NCBI GenBank assembly: GCA_030425645.1
Contig: JAUHZK010000004.1
Location: 61,100-125,099, forward strand
DNA: 64,000 nt
Source of the DNA: Gammaproteobacteria bacterium
Lineage (GTDB): Bacteria > Pseudomonadota > Gammaproteobacteria > JAPPPA01
Reading direction: 5' to 3'
Shown: positions 38,097-47,376 of the stretch, piece by piece
Layout of the letters: each line of letters begins with the position of its first letter
Numbering within the stretch: the first letter of the stretch is position 1
The notes under the pieces: model-generated
Told to the model about the DNA's origin: nothing
Databases searched by the model: none
Seen by the model: the letters and a program-made list of their open reading frames with translations, nothing else
Position numbers and translations under genes: made by a program

Positions 38097-40054
38097 CCTC
38101 GTTTAATAGCGACTTGTTCCATTTTCTAAGACCGCAGTGGTTGTGGGCTTTGCTTGGTTTGTTGCCGCTGGCTTGGTGGTTGTGGCGTGGTGCGCATGCC
38201 GTGGGCGTTTGGAAACAATGGATTGATCCGCAACTACAACCACATGTGCTTACCCAGGGCCAAGCCGCGCGCCACTGGCACAAGCGCTTGTGGTTGTCGC
38301 TGCTGTGGCTGTTAGCCTTGTTGGCGCTTGCTGGGCCGACTTGGGAGCAGCGGCCAACGCCGTTGTTGCGTAGCGATCAGGCGCGCATTGTGGTGCTAGA
38401 TTTGTCGCGTTCAATGTTGGCTAATGATTTACGGCCTAGTCGCCTTGAGCTGGCGCGTTTGAAAGTACGTGACCTGCTAGAGCAAAGCCGTGACAGCAAG
38501 GCAGGCTTGGTGGCCTTTGCCGCGCAAGCCTTTGCTATTGCGCCGCTGACTGACGATATCCAAACGCTAATGTCGCAGGTGCCGACACTACATCCAGACC
38601 TGATGCCCGCTCAGGGAGGTCGCGTCGACCGGGCCTTGTTGCAAGCTCAGGAAATGCTGAAAAACGGCGGAGCTGGCGGTGGCGGGCAAGTTTTGTTGGT
38701 GACTGATTCGAAACCGCAAGAAGCGGCTTTCGCAGCCGCGCAATCGCTGCGAGACATGGGTTATGAGCTTTCGGTGTTGGCTGTTGGTACTGAACAGGGT
38801 GCGCCAATTCCCGAAGATACACGCCGTGGGCGCGGTTTCGTGAAAGACCGTAACGGCAACATTGTTGTTGCCTCCTTACCAAGCTCAGAACTGCGGCAGT
38901 TGGCCCTGAGTGGCGGTGGTCAATTTAGCAGGCTTACAGCTGACGACAGCGATATCAAGAAACTGAGTAAGGTCTTGGCGGGGCAGCAAGAAGGTGACCT
39001 CGATTCGGCTGATGCGGCTAAGGCTGGTGATCAGTGGCTGGAAGCCGGGCCTTATCTGCTGCTGTTACTGCTGCCCTTGGCTGCGCTCGGTTTTCGGCGC
39101 GGATGGTTGCTGGCGGTGTGCTTGTTTGTCGGGTTGCCGTCGGCGCCAGATGCCTATGCTGCGGATGAGGCTGCCAGTGGTGCCGGGGAACGCGACACGG
39201 TCGGCTCATCGCTTTGGTTTAACGCTGATCAGCGCGGCAAACAGGCCTTAGATGCTGGAGATGCGGCGCAGGCGCAGCAGCTGTTTGAATCGCCTGCTTG
39301 GAAAGCGGCCGCGCAGTATCAGGCTGGTGAGCATCAAGCGGCGGCCGACTACTGGGCACAGCAGCAGCTTGCGGAAAGCTATTACAACCAGGGTAACGCC
39401 TTGGCGCACACGGGTGATTTGGCTGGCGCAATGGCCGCTTGGCAGAAAGTGCCAGAGACGCATGCTTTGGCTGCTTCGGCGCAGCACAATATGCAGGTGA
39501 TTCAGCCGCTGTTAGAGCAGCAGCAACAGAATCAAGACAGCGATTCGCAACAAGTTGGCGACCAACAAGACAGCGGCGACTCCTCGCAGGCTGACCAGCA
39601 GTCGCAGAACTCGCCGCAGGAAGGCGAGCAAGGTGCCGAGCAAGAGCAGCAATCGTCAGAGTCCGAAAGCCAGTCCAATGAGGGGCAGTCCAGCGAGGGC
39701 CAGACCAACGACAGCCAACAACAATCGGAACAGAAGCCGTCAGCACAGAACGCAGATCAACAACCAGCTGAATCAGAACCAGCTGAGTCTGCCGAGCAGT
39801 CAGCAGAGCCGTCGGCGCAGGAAGCTAGTGAAACGGATGAGGAGTCGGGCGATGAACAGGCCGCCAACGCTCAAGCGCAGCTCAGTCCGGAGGAGCTAGC
39901 GGAAGAACAGGCCAAACAGCAGGTGATCGAGCAATGGTTAAATCGCATTCCAGATGACCCCGGCGGCTTGCTAAGGCAGAAGTTTAAACGAGATTATCAG
40001 CGGCGGGCGCAGCAGCGCGGCACGCAATACACAGACGAGGAACAGGCGTGGTAA
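38084..40054 (+). CDS. batB: VWA + TPR protein (BatB/BatC-like fusion) with acidic low-complexity tail
   Basis: GTG start 5 nt after GGGGAGG. VWA motif VLDLSRSM, a TM helix, a TPR unit (YYNQGNALAHTGDLAGAMAAW), then ~130 aa rich in Q/S/E/D. Confidence 0.8.
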   Translation: MEFLASFNSDLFHFLRPQWLWALLGLLPLAWWLWRGAHAVGVWKQWIDPQLQPHVLTQGQAARHWHKRLWLSLLWLLALLALAGPTWEQRPTPLLRSDQARIVVLDLSRSMLANDLRPSRLELARLKVRDLLEQSRDSKAGLVAFAAQAFAIAPLTDDIQTLMSQVPTLHPDLMPAQGGRVDRALLQAQEMLKNGGAGGGGQVLLVTDSKPQEAAFAAAQSLRDMGYELSVLAVGTEQGAPIPEDTRRGRGFVKDRNGNIVVASLPSSELRQLALSGGGQFSRLTADDSDIKKLSKVLAGQQEGDLDSADAAKAGDQWLEAGPYLLLLLLPLAALGFRRGWLLAVCLFVGLPSAPDAYAADEAASGAGERDTVGSSLWFNADQRGKQALDAGDAAQAQQLFESPAWKAAAQYQAGEHQAAADYWAQQQLAESYYNQGNALAHTGDLAGAMAAWQKVPETHALAASAQHNMQVIQPLLEQQQQNQDSDSQQVGDQQDSGDSSQADQQSQNSPQEGEQGAEQEQQSSESESQSNEGQSSEGQTNDSQQQSEQKPSAQNADQQPAESEPAESAEQSAEPSAQEASETDEESGDEQAANAQAQLSPEELAEEQAKQQVIEQWLNRIPDDPGGLLRQKFKRDYQRRAQQRGTQYTDEEQAW

Positions 40055-41748
40055 AGGCTAAATTCCTGCAGCGAGTTTTACTGGCGTATTGGCTGGTGCT
40101 GGCAGTCCCAGCAGCGGCTGAGGTGACAGCGACGATTGATCGCAACCCCATAATGCAAGGGGAGGCGGTGACGCTGACGATTCGGGTTAGCGACCAAGAC
40201 GGAGAGCCTAATCTAGACGGATTGGGTTCGGATTTTCGGGTTTTAGGCCAGAGCACTAGTTCGCAGGTGCAGTACATCAATGGCAATTTGAGCAAATGGA
40301 AAGATTGGAATATTCAGTTGTTGCCGGCGCGGACCGGCCGGCTAACGATTCCGGCGATAAGGGTAGGTAATACCGCCACCGCGCCTATTCTGCTGACGGT
40401 TGCGGAGCAAAGTGCCAATAGCCCTAAAGAGGCCTGGATAGAGTTTGAGGTGTCGCCAAAATCTGTTTGGCAAGGTCAGCAAATTAACGTCAAGGTGCAG
40501 CTGTATTACGCGGCTTCGGTGCGTTCTGGTGAGTTGTCCTTACCGCAAATTGATGCCGGTGTGATTGAGCAAATTGGTGACGATCAGACCGAGCAGCTAG
40601 TGAAAAATGGCGTGCGTTATAACCGTCTCAGTCGACGATATGTTGTGTTCCCCGAAAGTGTGGGTGATTTTCGTATTCAGGGGCCGGTTTTTAACGGCCA
40701 AGCAGAAGCCAGTGGCCGACAGCCGAGCCGTAGCTTTGGCGGCTTGTTTCGCAGTACCCGGCAGGTAACAGCGGCGGTGAATGATGCCGTAGTACGGGTG
40801 CGTCCTGCAGAACCGGGGGCTGATTTTTGGCTGCCAGCGCAAGATGTTAGCTTGCAGGCTAGCTGGGCCGACGCCGGGGCTAATGGCCCAGTGTTTAAAG
40901 TAGGTGAGCCAGTAACACGGGTGGTGACCTTAACCGCCTATGGCTTGTTGGCGACGCAGTTGCCGGATCTTGAGTTTGATTACGGTTCTTTGCGGGCTTA
41001 CCCAGAGGCGGCTGAACAGGAAACTCGAGGCACGACCGATGGCGTGATCGGTATTCGCCACTTTCGCACCGCAATTATCCCGCAGGCTGCGGGCGGCTAT
41101 GTATTGCCTGAACAGCGTGTTAAGTGGTGGGATGTTAATCGTGGCGAATGGGCAACAGCGACCCTGCCGTCGGAGCGCATAGAGGTGCAAGCTGCAGCCC
41201 CAGCTCCGCTGGCGGCTGTGGCCGCAGAGCCCTGTGAGCCGGTGGTTTCCACTCCAGTCGCGAGCAACGGCGGTGAGGCAATGGTGTGCCCGGAATTTAC
41301 AGAGCCCGCTGTGCAGGGCGGGGTCAGTCGTTGGTGGCCATTGTTAACTGCCGTGTTTGCCTGCTTGTGGCTGATAACCTTGGCTTTGTGGCTCTTCTCC
41401 AAGCGTCGCGAGGAAATTGCTGCTCCGAGCAGTGACCAGTTGTCGCTGAAAGCGGCCAAGGCCGAATTGCTGGCGGCGGCTGAACGTAACGATGTAGAAG
41501 CCGCTCAAAAAGCCTTAGCCGCTGTCGCCGCCGAGGCAGGCTTATCGGTGGCGGCACCAGCCGCGGTTGCCGCCCACGTTGAACAGCAAGCTTTAGCGGC
41601 GGCATTGGTTTCATTAGATGAAGCGCGTTATGGCAGCGCCGCCCAGTGGGATGGTTCGCTGTTAGTGAAGGCGCTACGTGACAGTGATTGGCCAACGGCC
41701 AGAAACACGCGAAGAACTGAGGCTTTACCGCCTTTATATCCGCTTTAG
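40048..41748 (+). CDS. batD: BatD-like (oxygen tolerance) protein
   Basis: Signal peptide, repeated beta-sandwich regions, a late TM helix (WWPLLTAVFACLWLITLALWLF). The GTG start overlaps the batB stop. Confidence 0.8.
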   Translation: MVKAKFLQRVLLAYWLVLAVPAAAEVTATIDRNPIMQGEAVTLTIRVSDQDGEPNLDGLGSDFRVLGQSTSSQVQYINGNLSKWKDWNIQLLPARTGRLTIPAIRVGNTATAPILLTVAEQSANSPKEAWIEFEVSPKSVWQGQQINVKVQLYYAASVRSGELSLPQIDAGVIEQIGDDQTEQLVKNGVRYNRLSRRYVVFPESVGDFRIQGPVFNGQAEASGRQPSRSFGGLFRSTRQVTAAVNDAVVRVRPAEPGADFWLPAQDVSLQASWADAGANGPVFKVGEPVTRVVTLTAYGLLATQLPDLEFDYGSLRAYPEAAEQETRGTTDGVIGIRHFRTAIIPQAAGGYVLPEQRVKWWDVNRGEWATATLPSERIEVQAAAPAPLAAVAAEPCEPVVSTPVASNGGEAMVCPEFTEPAVQGGVSRWWPLLTAVFACLWLITLALWLFSKRREEIAAPSSDQLSLKAAKAELLAAAERNDVEAAQKALAAVAAEAGLSVAAPAAVAAHVEQQALAAALVSLDEARYGSAAQWDGSLLVKALRDSDWPTARNTRRTEALPPLYPL

Positions 41749-41756
41749 GGGCTTGC

Positions 41757-42611
41757 CTAGAGGGGCAATTCGCTTTGTTCCGCTAGGCAAACGCGGTTGC
41801 CGCCTTTGCGCTTGGCGTTAATAAGTGCCTCGTCGGCGGTACGGATTAAGTCAAAACCGTTGCCCATGCTTTCGTCTAGGCAGGCGACCCCCGCAGATAG
41901 CTTTAATGTGACGGGTTGTCCTTGCCAGGCAAAGCTCATATTGCGTACTGCGGTTAGTACTTCGTTAGCGATCTTGCCGCTGGCGCTTAGCCCGCTATTG
42001 GGAATGACCAAAACAAATTCTTCGCCGCCTAAACGTCCCACAAAGCGCCCATCGCTGCCATTTAGGATATTAGCGAGTTGTTGTAGCGCGGCATCTCCGG
42101 CTAGGTGTCCGAAGCAGTCATTAATGTGTTTAAAGTCGTCGTAATCAAATAGCACCACGCTCAGTGGGTCGTTGCTTTTGAGTGCGCTTTTCACGGTTGC
42201 GTCTAGTTGCGCGAAAAGGCCGCGACGATTCAGTGTGCCAGTCAATGCGTCGCGCTCTTGTTGTTGCTCTTGGCGCGTGATGTTGGCGTGATAAGTCAGT
42301 TGTCGCCAACCAATAATGGCGGCGGTCCAGATAAGAAAAATAGCTAGAGCGCGGTTGGTTGCCAGGATTTGGATGTCGACCAACGACGTTTGGCTGTAAA
42401 AGCCATAAATGGTTAGCAAAGTGCCAGCCACAGCCATGCTCAACATAAACCAGCGCGAGTGCAGCAAAATGCCAAACATCACCAAGGCGGCATAGGGCAC
42501 GCCTGCGGCAACCCCAAGTGGCTGCAACAGATCAAACAAAAACACGCTGGCAAGCAGTACTAACCCCAGTACTGCATACACTGCAGGATGTAATGGCGAT
42601 TGCTCAGCCAT
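41757..42611 (-). CDS. Membrane-bound diguanylate cyclase (GGDEF)
   Basis: Four N-terminal TM helices and a GGDEF domain (RLGGEEF). Confidence 0.85.
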   Translation of the reverse strand: MAEQSPLHPAVYAVLGLVLLASVFLFDLLQPLGVAAGVPYAALVMFGILLHSRWFMLSMAVAGTLLTIYGFYSQTSLVDIQILATNRALAIFLIWTAAIIGWRQLTYHANITRQEQQQERDALTGTLNRRGLFAQLDATVKSALKSNDPLSVVLFDYDDFKHINDCFGHLAGDAALQQLANILNGSDGRFVGRLGGEEFVLVIPNSGLSASGKIANEVLTAVRNMSFAWQGQPVTLKLSAGVACLDESMGNGFDLIRTADEALINAKRKGGNRVCLAEQSELPL

Positions 42612-42791
42612 TGCTGCCCCCTTAACTGACCCATCTTTTTTAGCTGTTAAGGTTTAGTTTAGCGTTTGTCGCCAGGCAAACGAAGTTTTGTGGCGGCGGG
42701 GCTTAGAGTGAAGCCGCTTTTTCTGCGATAATGCGCGCCACTTTTAGGCAGCAATGCTCTAAATCAATTTTATGATCCAGTTTCACGCGGA

Positions 42792-44222
42792 GTGCTCATG
42801 ACTCAACAGCAAGCTCATCTTCAAGCCTGGCAAGAACGCCAAGAATTAGCAGAACGTATGGTGCCAATGATTGGCCGTATGTATCGCGAAAGCGGCGTTA
42901 CCGTGCGCATTTATGGACGTCCGTTGATGAATGCATCAACTATCGACATCCTTAAAGCGCATCGCTTTGTTAAGCAGTTTGAAGGCGAAGGCCTAGATAT
43001 TCGTGAGAGTTTCCCGCTGTTTGAAGCCATTGCTGGTATGCAGCTAAAAGCTTGCCGCATCGACTTGGGCGAGCTGGCTGTGGCCTATCGTAATGAGGGT
43101 GGCGATTTAAATGCATTTTTAGCCGCCAAACTGGCTGATGTAGAAGGCGAGAACGCTGATGACGAGCCACGCGATGTGGTGCTTTACGGCTTTGGCCGTA
43201 TTGGTCGTCTACTTGCACGTTTGCTAATTGAGCGTACTGGCCACGGCCAGAAAATGCGCTTGCGCGCCATTGTGGTTCGTAACGGCGGCGCTGGCGATTT
43301 GCAGAAGCGTGCTAGCTTGCTACGTCGTGACTCGGTACACGGCCCATTCAACGGCACCATTACTGTTGACGAAGAAAACAATGCGTTGATCGCGAATGGT
43401 TCTTACATCCAAGTAATTTACGCCAATGCGCCAGAAAGCATTGACTACACCGAATACGGTATCGACAACGCAATCGTTGTAGATAACACCGGCGTATGGC
43501 GTGACCGTGATGGCCTAGGTCGTCACCTACAAGCCAAAGGCACCGCCAAAGCCTTGCTAACCGCACCGGGCAAAGGCGATATCAAAAATATCGTTTATGG
43601 CGTAAACAACAACATGATTGAAGCAGACGACACTATTTTGTCTGCGGCTAGCTGTACCACCAACGCCATTACGCCAGCGCTAAAAGCGATTTACGACGAG
43701 TACGGCATTGAAAACGGCCACGTTGAAACCGTTCACAGCTTTACCAACGACCAAAACTTAATCGACAACTACCACAAGGCAGAGCGTCGTGGTCGTGCTG
43801 CGCCGCTGAACATGGTAATCACCGAGACTGGTGCGGCTAAAGCGGTATCTAAAGCGCTACCAGAACTAGAAGGCAAGCTAACCGGTAACGCCATCCGCGT
43901 GCCAACGCCAAACGTATCGATGGCGATCATGAACCTAAACCTAGGTCGTGAAACCACTAAGGAAGAAATCAACGAGTTCTTGCGTGAAACCGCATTGCAC
44001 TCAAGCTTGTCAGAGCAAATCGATTACACCTCGTCTACCGAATTGGTATCGACTGACTTGGTTGGCTCACGCCACGCTGGTGTAGTTGACTCACAAGCCA
44101 CCATCGTTGCCGGTAGCCGCGTGACTCTTTACGTGTGGTACGACAACGAGTTTGGTTACAGCTGCCAAGTAATGCGTGTGGTTGCCGATATGGCAGGTAT
44201 CACCATTACCGACATCGCTTAA
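42792..44222 (+). CDS. gap: Glyceraldehyde-3-phosphate dehydrogenase (long ~480-aa form)
   Basis: YGFGRIGR NAD motif and SCTTNA active site, with a ~120-aa N-terminal extension. Confidence 0.9.
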   Translation: MLMTQQQAHLQAWQERQELAERMVPMIGRMYRESGVTVRIYGRPLMNASTIDILKAHRFVKQFEGEGLDIRESFPLFEAIAGMQLKACRIDLGELAVAYRNEGGDLNAFLAAKLADVEGENADDEPRDVVLYGFGRIGRLLARLLIERTGHGQKMRLRAIVVRNGGAGDLQKRASLLRRDSVHGPFNGTITVDEENNALIANGSYIQVIYANAPESIDYTEYGIDNAIVVDNTGVWRDRDGLGRHLQAKGTAKALLTAPGKGDIKNIVYGVNNNMIEADDTILSAASCTTNAITPALKAIYDEYGIENGHVETVHSFTNDQNLIDNYHKAERRGRAAPLNMVITETGAAKAVSKALPELEGKLTGNAIRVPTPNVSMAIMNLNLGRETTKEEINEFLRETALHSSLSEQIDYTSSTELVSTDLVGSRHAGVVDSQATIVAGSRVTLYVWYDNEFGYSCQVMRVVADMAGITITDIA

Positions 44223-44230
44223 AAACTATC

Positions 44231-44305
44231 GGGGACAGACCCCTCCGTCATCGGCAGCGCTAGCCTTAATAGTTGGATAGCGCTGGAGGGGCGGGGTCTG
44301 TCCCC
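44231..44305. repeat. 75-bp hairpin element with GGGGACAGACCCC / GGGGTCTGTCCCC termini
   Basis: Perfect 13-bp terminal inverted repeats. The internal arms also pair (ctcc...agcgcta / tagcgct...ggag). Confidence 0.85.
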
Positions 44306-44313
44306 TTGCTCGA

Positions 44314-44910
44314 TTGTCAAAACCTCACGCTCCCGCTTGCGATAGAAACTCAGCGCCTATATTTGAGGTGCTGAAAACCCATTGCGCCACAGCGGGGCGT
44401 TTGCTTGAGATCGGTAGCGGTACCGGCCAACACGCCGTGTATATGGCCGAGCGCTTACCGCATGTGGAATGGCAAACCAGCGATTTGCCCGAGCATCATG
44501 TCGGCATTCAGCAATGGTTAGATGATGCCGCACTGCCGAACGTATTCAGCCCCATTGCCTTAGATGTCACCGAGCGCTGGGCGCCGAAGAATCCATTCGG
44601 CACCGTGTTTACCGCCAACTCGCTACACATCATGAGCTGGCTAGCGGTAGAAGACTTTTTTGAACAATTACCCGACTGGCTCGCGCCGCAAGGCAAACTG
44701 ATTGCCTATGGGCCGTTTAACTATAACGGCGAGTTCACCTCGGCTAGTAATGCGCAATTCCAGCAATGGCTACAAGCGCGTGACCCGCTAAGCGGCATTC
44801 GCGACTTTGAAGCCGTAAACGAACTAGCGCTTGCCGCCGATTGTGTTTTGCTCGACGATATTGAAATGCCAGCCAATAACCGCTGCCTTGTTTGGCAGCG
44901 ACAACAGTAA
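44314..44910 (+). CDS. DUF938 family class I SAM-dependent methyltransferase-like protein
   Basis: APACDRNSAPIFEVL N-terminus and EIGSGTGQH motif. TTG start. Confidence 0.7.
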   Translation: MSKPHAPACDRNSAPIFEVLKTHCATAGRLLEIGSGTGQHAVYMAERLPHVEWQTSDLPEHHVGIQQWLDDAALPNVFSPIALDVTERWAPKNPFGTVFTANSLHIMSWLAVEDFFEQLPDWLAPQGKLIAYGPFNYNGEFTSASNAQFQQWLQARDPLSGIRDFEAVNELALAADCVLLDDIEMPANNRCLVWQRQQ

Positions 44911-44924
44911 CGAACACCGAAACC

Positions 44925-45647
44925 ATGACTTTTGCCGCCAAAGATATTCCCGCTAAAGACCGCCTGATTTTTGCCCTGGACGTACCTAGCGCCGACGAGG
45001 CCAAAGCACTGGTAGAAGAACTTGGCGATGCCGTTACCTTCTACAAAATCGGTATGGAGCTACTCATGGCGGGCGGCTACTTTGAACTGCTGGATTGGCT
45101 CGTAGCCAAAGGCAAAAAGGTCTTTGTTGACCTGAAGTTTTTCGACGTGCCGGCTACCGTTGGCAAAGCCATTGCTGCTTTAAGCGACAAAGGCGCGACG
45201 CTAGCGACTATCCACGGCAACCAATCCATTATGGAAGCTGCCGCCAAAGCCAAAAGCGGTGACCTTAAAGTCTTGGCCGTAACCGCACTCACCAGCCTAG
45301 ACCGTGGCGACCTCAACGACCTTGGCTTCCAGTGTGAAGTCGAAGACCTTGTGCTTAGCCGCGCTAAGCGCGCACTAGAGGCTGGTGTGGATGGCGTGGT
45401 TTCTTCCGGTATGGAAGCCGAACGCCTACGCGAGTTTATCGACCACAAGTTATTGGTAATCACGCCCGGTATTCGCCCAGTTGATAACACCGAAGATGAT
45501 GACCAAAAGCGTGTGATGACACCTGCCGCTGCGTTAAAAGCTGGTGCTGATTACTTGGTGGTTGGGCGTCCTATTCGTAACGCCCAGAACCGCCGCGAAA
45601 AAGCCTTAGAAATTCAGGCTGAAATCGCGGCGGCTATTTCGGCTTAG
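44925..45647 (+). CDS. pyrF: Orotidine-5'-phosphate decarboxylase
   Basis: LIFALDVP...FYKIG...VFVDLKFFD...TPGIR motifs. Track ORF trimmed to the ATG at 44925. Confidence 0.95.
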   Translation: MTFAAKDIPAKDRLIFALDVPSADEAKALVEELGDAVTFYKIGMELLMAGGYFELLDWLVAKGKKVFVDLKFFDVPATVGKAIAALSDKGATLATIHGNQSIMEAAAKAKSGDLKVLAVTALTSLDRGDLNDLGFQCEVEDLVLSRAKRALEAGVDGVVSSGMEAERLREFIDHKLLVITPGIRPVDNTEDDDQKRVMTPAAALKAGADYLVVGRPIRNAQNRREKALEIQAEIAAAISA

Positions 45648-45649
45648 GC

Positions 45650-46219
45650 TTATAGGCCTTTAATAATATCGATGATTTCGCGGCCGCCTTTCACGACGGT
45701 GGCAACGTCGTCGCCGACACGAATAATTTCTACCACCTCTTCAGGTAGGTCTATTTGGGCGCGAATTTCTTCTGGGATGCGTTCAGCATCTTCGTATTCT
45801 TGCTCGGTTAGCGTGTCGCCCTTTTCGATTTTACGTTGCCAGCCTGGAGGTAGATCGCCACCACGCTCTAGTTTTTTCTGTAAGCCTTTAGGTAGGCCTT
45901 TGCCGTTGCGCTGTGAGGCCACCGCGTCTTGGCTCATCCAGGCTTGTAGCTTGGCGCGATCAGCATCAGATAGCTGTGTGTTTTGGCCTTTGTCTTTTGC
46001 TGCTTTATCTTTTTTGGCTTTGTCGCTGTCGGCTTTATCCTCGTCAGCGTCTTTCTTGGTTTCTTTATCGGCTTTTTCTTTGTCTGCCTTTTCTGGCTTA
46101 GCTTCAGCAGCTTGAATACCAATATTTTCTTTAAAGCTGTCCCACCAACTTTTTTCGGCCGCAGCCGCGGCTGTGCCGGTTATTGCAATTAGTGCTGTAA
46201 ATACCAGTGACTTCATCAT
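45650..46219 (-). CDS. Secreted Lys/Asp/Glu-rich hypothetical protein
   Basis: Trimmed to MMKSLVFTALIAITGTAAAAAE (signal peptide) with GGGGA upstream. KADKEKADKETKKDAD low-complexity region, then GLPKGLQKKLERGGDLPPGWQRK. Confidence 0.55.
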   Translation of the reverse strand: MMKSLVFTALIAITGTAAAAAEKSWWDSFKENIGIQAAEAKPEKADKEKADKETKKDADEDKADSDKAKKDKAAKDKGQNTQLSDADRAKLQAWMSQDAVASQRNGKGLPKGLQKKLERGGDLPPGWQRKIEKGDTLTEQEYEDAERIPEEIRAQIDLPEEVVEIIRVGDDVATVVKGGREIIDIIKGL

Positions 46220-46322
46220 TTTATGATCCCCGTGAATGAATAGAATTAGCTCTGACACGTTATCACTGACTAAGTTCTTCGAAAAGCTTTACCTTAAGGG
46301 CAGATTGCGCGAGGCTGCGCCT

Positions 46323-47255
46323 ATGTACAGCTACGCCATAAAGCGATTGCTAGGGGCATTGCCCACCTTGCTCGTTTTGTTCACCTTGTCGTTCTTTTTA
46401 ATGCGCGCTGCGCCCGGCGGGCCGTTTGATGCCGAGCGTTCCTTGCCGCCGGAGATTGAGGCTAACCTCAATGCGCGCTTCCATTTAGACCAACCGCTGT
46501 ATCAGCAATATTTCAGCTACTTAGAAGACGTAGTGACTGGCCGTTTTTGGCCGTCGATTCAGTACAGCGACTTCAACGTCAAAGAGCTGATTACGAACGG
46601 TTTTCCTATTTCCATGCAGCTGGGTTTGGCGGCTTTGTTACTGGCCTTGCTGGTTGGCTGCAGCATCGGTGCCTTAGCGGCCTTAAAACAAAATAGCCGC
46701 ACCGACTATTCCGTGATGGCGTTGGCAATGACGGGCATTTCGGTGCCGTCCTTCGTGCTTGCGCCGCTATTGGTTTTGGTTTGTGCGGTGTGGTTGGGCT
46801 GGTTGCCAGCGGGTGGCTGGAATAACGGTGCCTTGGCGAATCAGGTATTGCCGGTGATTGTGTTGGCTCTACCGCAAATCGCTTGGATTAGCCGCTTAAC
46901 CCGCGGCAGCATGATTGATGTGTTGCGCAGTCCGTTTATTCTCACCGCGCGCGCGAAGGGTTTGCCGTGGTTGCTGATTCTGCGCCGCCACGCGCTCAAA
47001 CCTGCGTTATTGCCGGTGGTGTCCTATCTCGGGCCGGCGGCGGCTGGCATTGTCACCGGTTCCATTGTGGTGGAAACCATTTTTCAGCTACCTGGCATTG
47101 GCCGCTATTTTGTACAAAGCGCGATTAACCGTGATTACACCCTGGTCATGGGCGTGGTGCTGTTTTACGGCACGCTGATTATTGTCTTTAACTTTTTGGT
47201 CGACCTGCTTTATGCCTGGCTCGACCCGAAAGTGCGTAAGGAATACACCTCGTGA
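46323..47255 (+). CDS. Peptide/opine-type ABC transporter permease (OppB/YejB-like)
   Basis: MYSYAIKRLLGALPTL N-terminus and the EAA-loop region. Track ORF trimmed. Confidence 0.85.
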   Translation: MYSYAIKRLLGALPTLLVLFTLSFFLMRAAPGGPFDAERSLPPEIEANLNARFHLDQPLYQQYFSYLEDVVTGRFWPSIQYSDFNVKELITNGFPISMQLGLAALLLALLVGCSIGALAALKQNSRTDYSVMALAMTGISVPSFVLAPLLVLVCAVWLGWLPAGGWNNGALANQVLPVIVLALPQIAWISRLTRGSMIDVLRSPFILTARAKGLPWLLILRRHALKPALLPVVSYLGPAAAGIVTGSIVVETIFQLPGIGRYFVQSAINRDYTLVMGVVLFYGTLIIVFNFLVDLLYAWLDPKVRKEYTS

Positions 47256-47277
47256 GTATTTCGTTGTTAGAAAGTTC

Positions 47278-47353
47278 GGGGACAGACCCCTTCGCTCTGG
47301 AGTTAATAAAGCCGTTTAAATTGGTAGCGCTTCTCGAAGCGGGGTCTGTCCCC
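47278..47353. repeat. 76-bp hairpin element with GGGGACAGACCCC termini (intercistronic)
   Basis: Perfect 13-bp terminal inverted repeats, located between the two permease genes. Confidence 0.85.
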
Positions 47354-47376
47354 TTTTCCTGCGGAGAGAGTAGCTA

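Noticed and set aside
38994-39899. ORFs on both strands (for example 39219..39746 minus, 175 aa; 39555..39899 plus, 114 aa), and a repeat-like DNA tract at 39480-39900
   Set aside because: They lie inside the batB/C-like gene. The tract encodes its Q/S/E/D-rich disordered region, and the alternative frames are Arg/Pro/Ala-rich artefacts. It is not a CRISPR or satellite array.
45900-46192. Short ORFs and repetitive ctttgtc/ggctttatc DNA
   Set aside because: This is coding low-complexity sequence (KADKEKADKETKKDADEDKADSDKAKKDK) of the secreted 45650..46219 protein. The other frames are artefacts.
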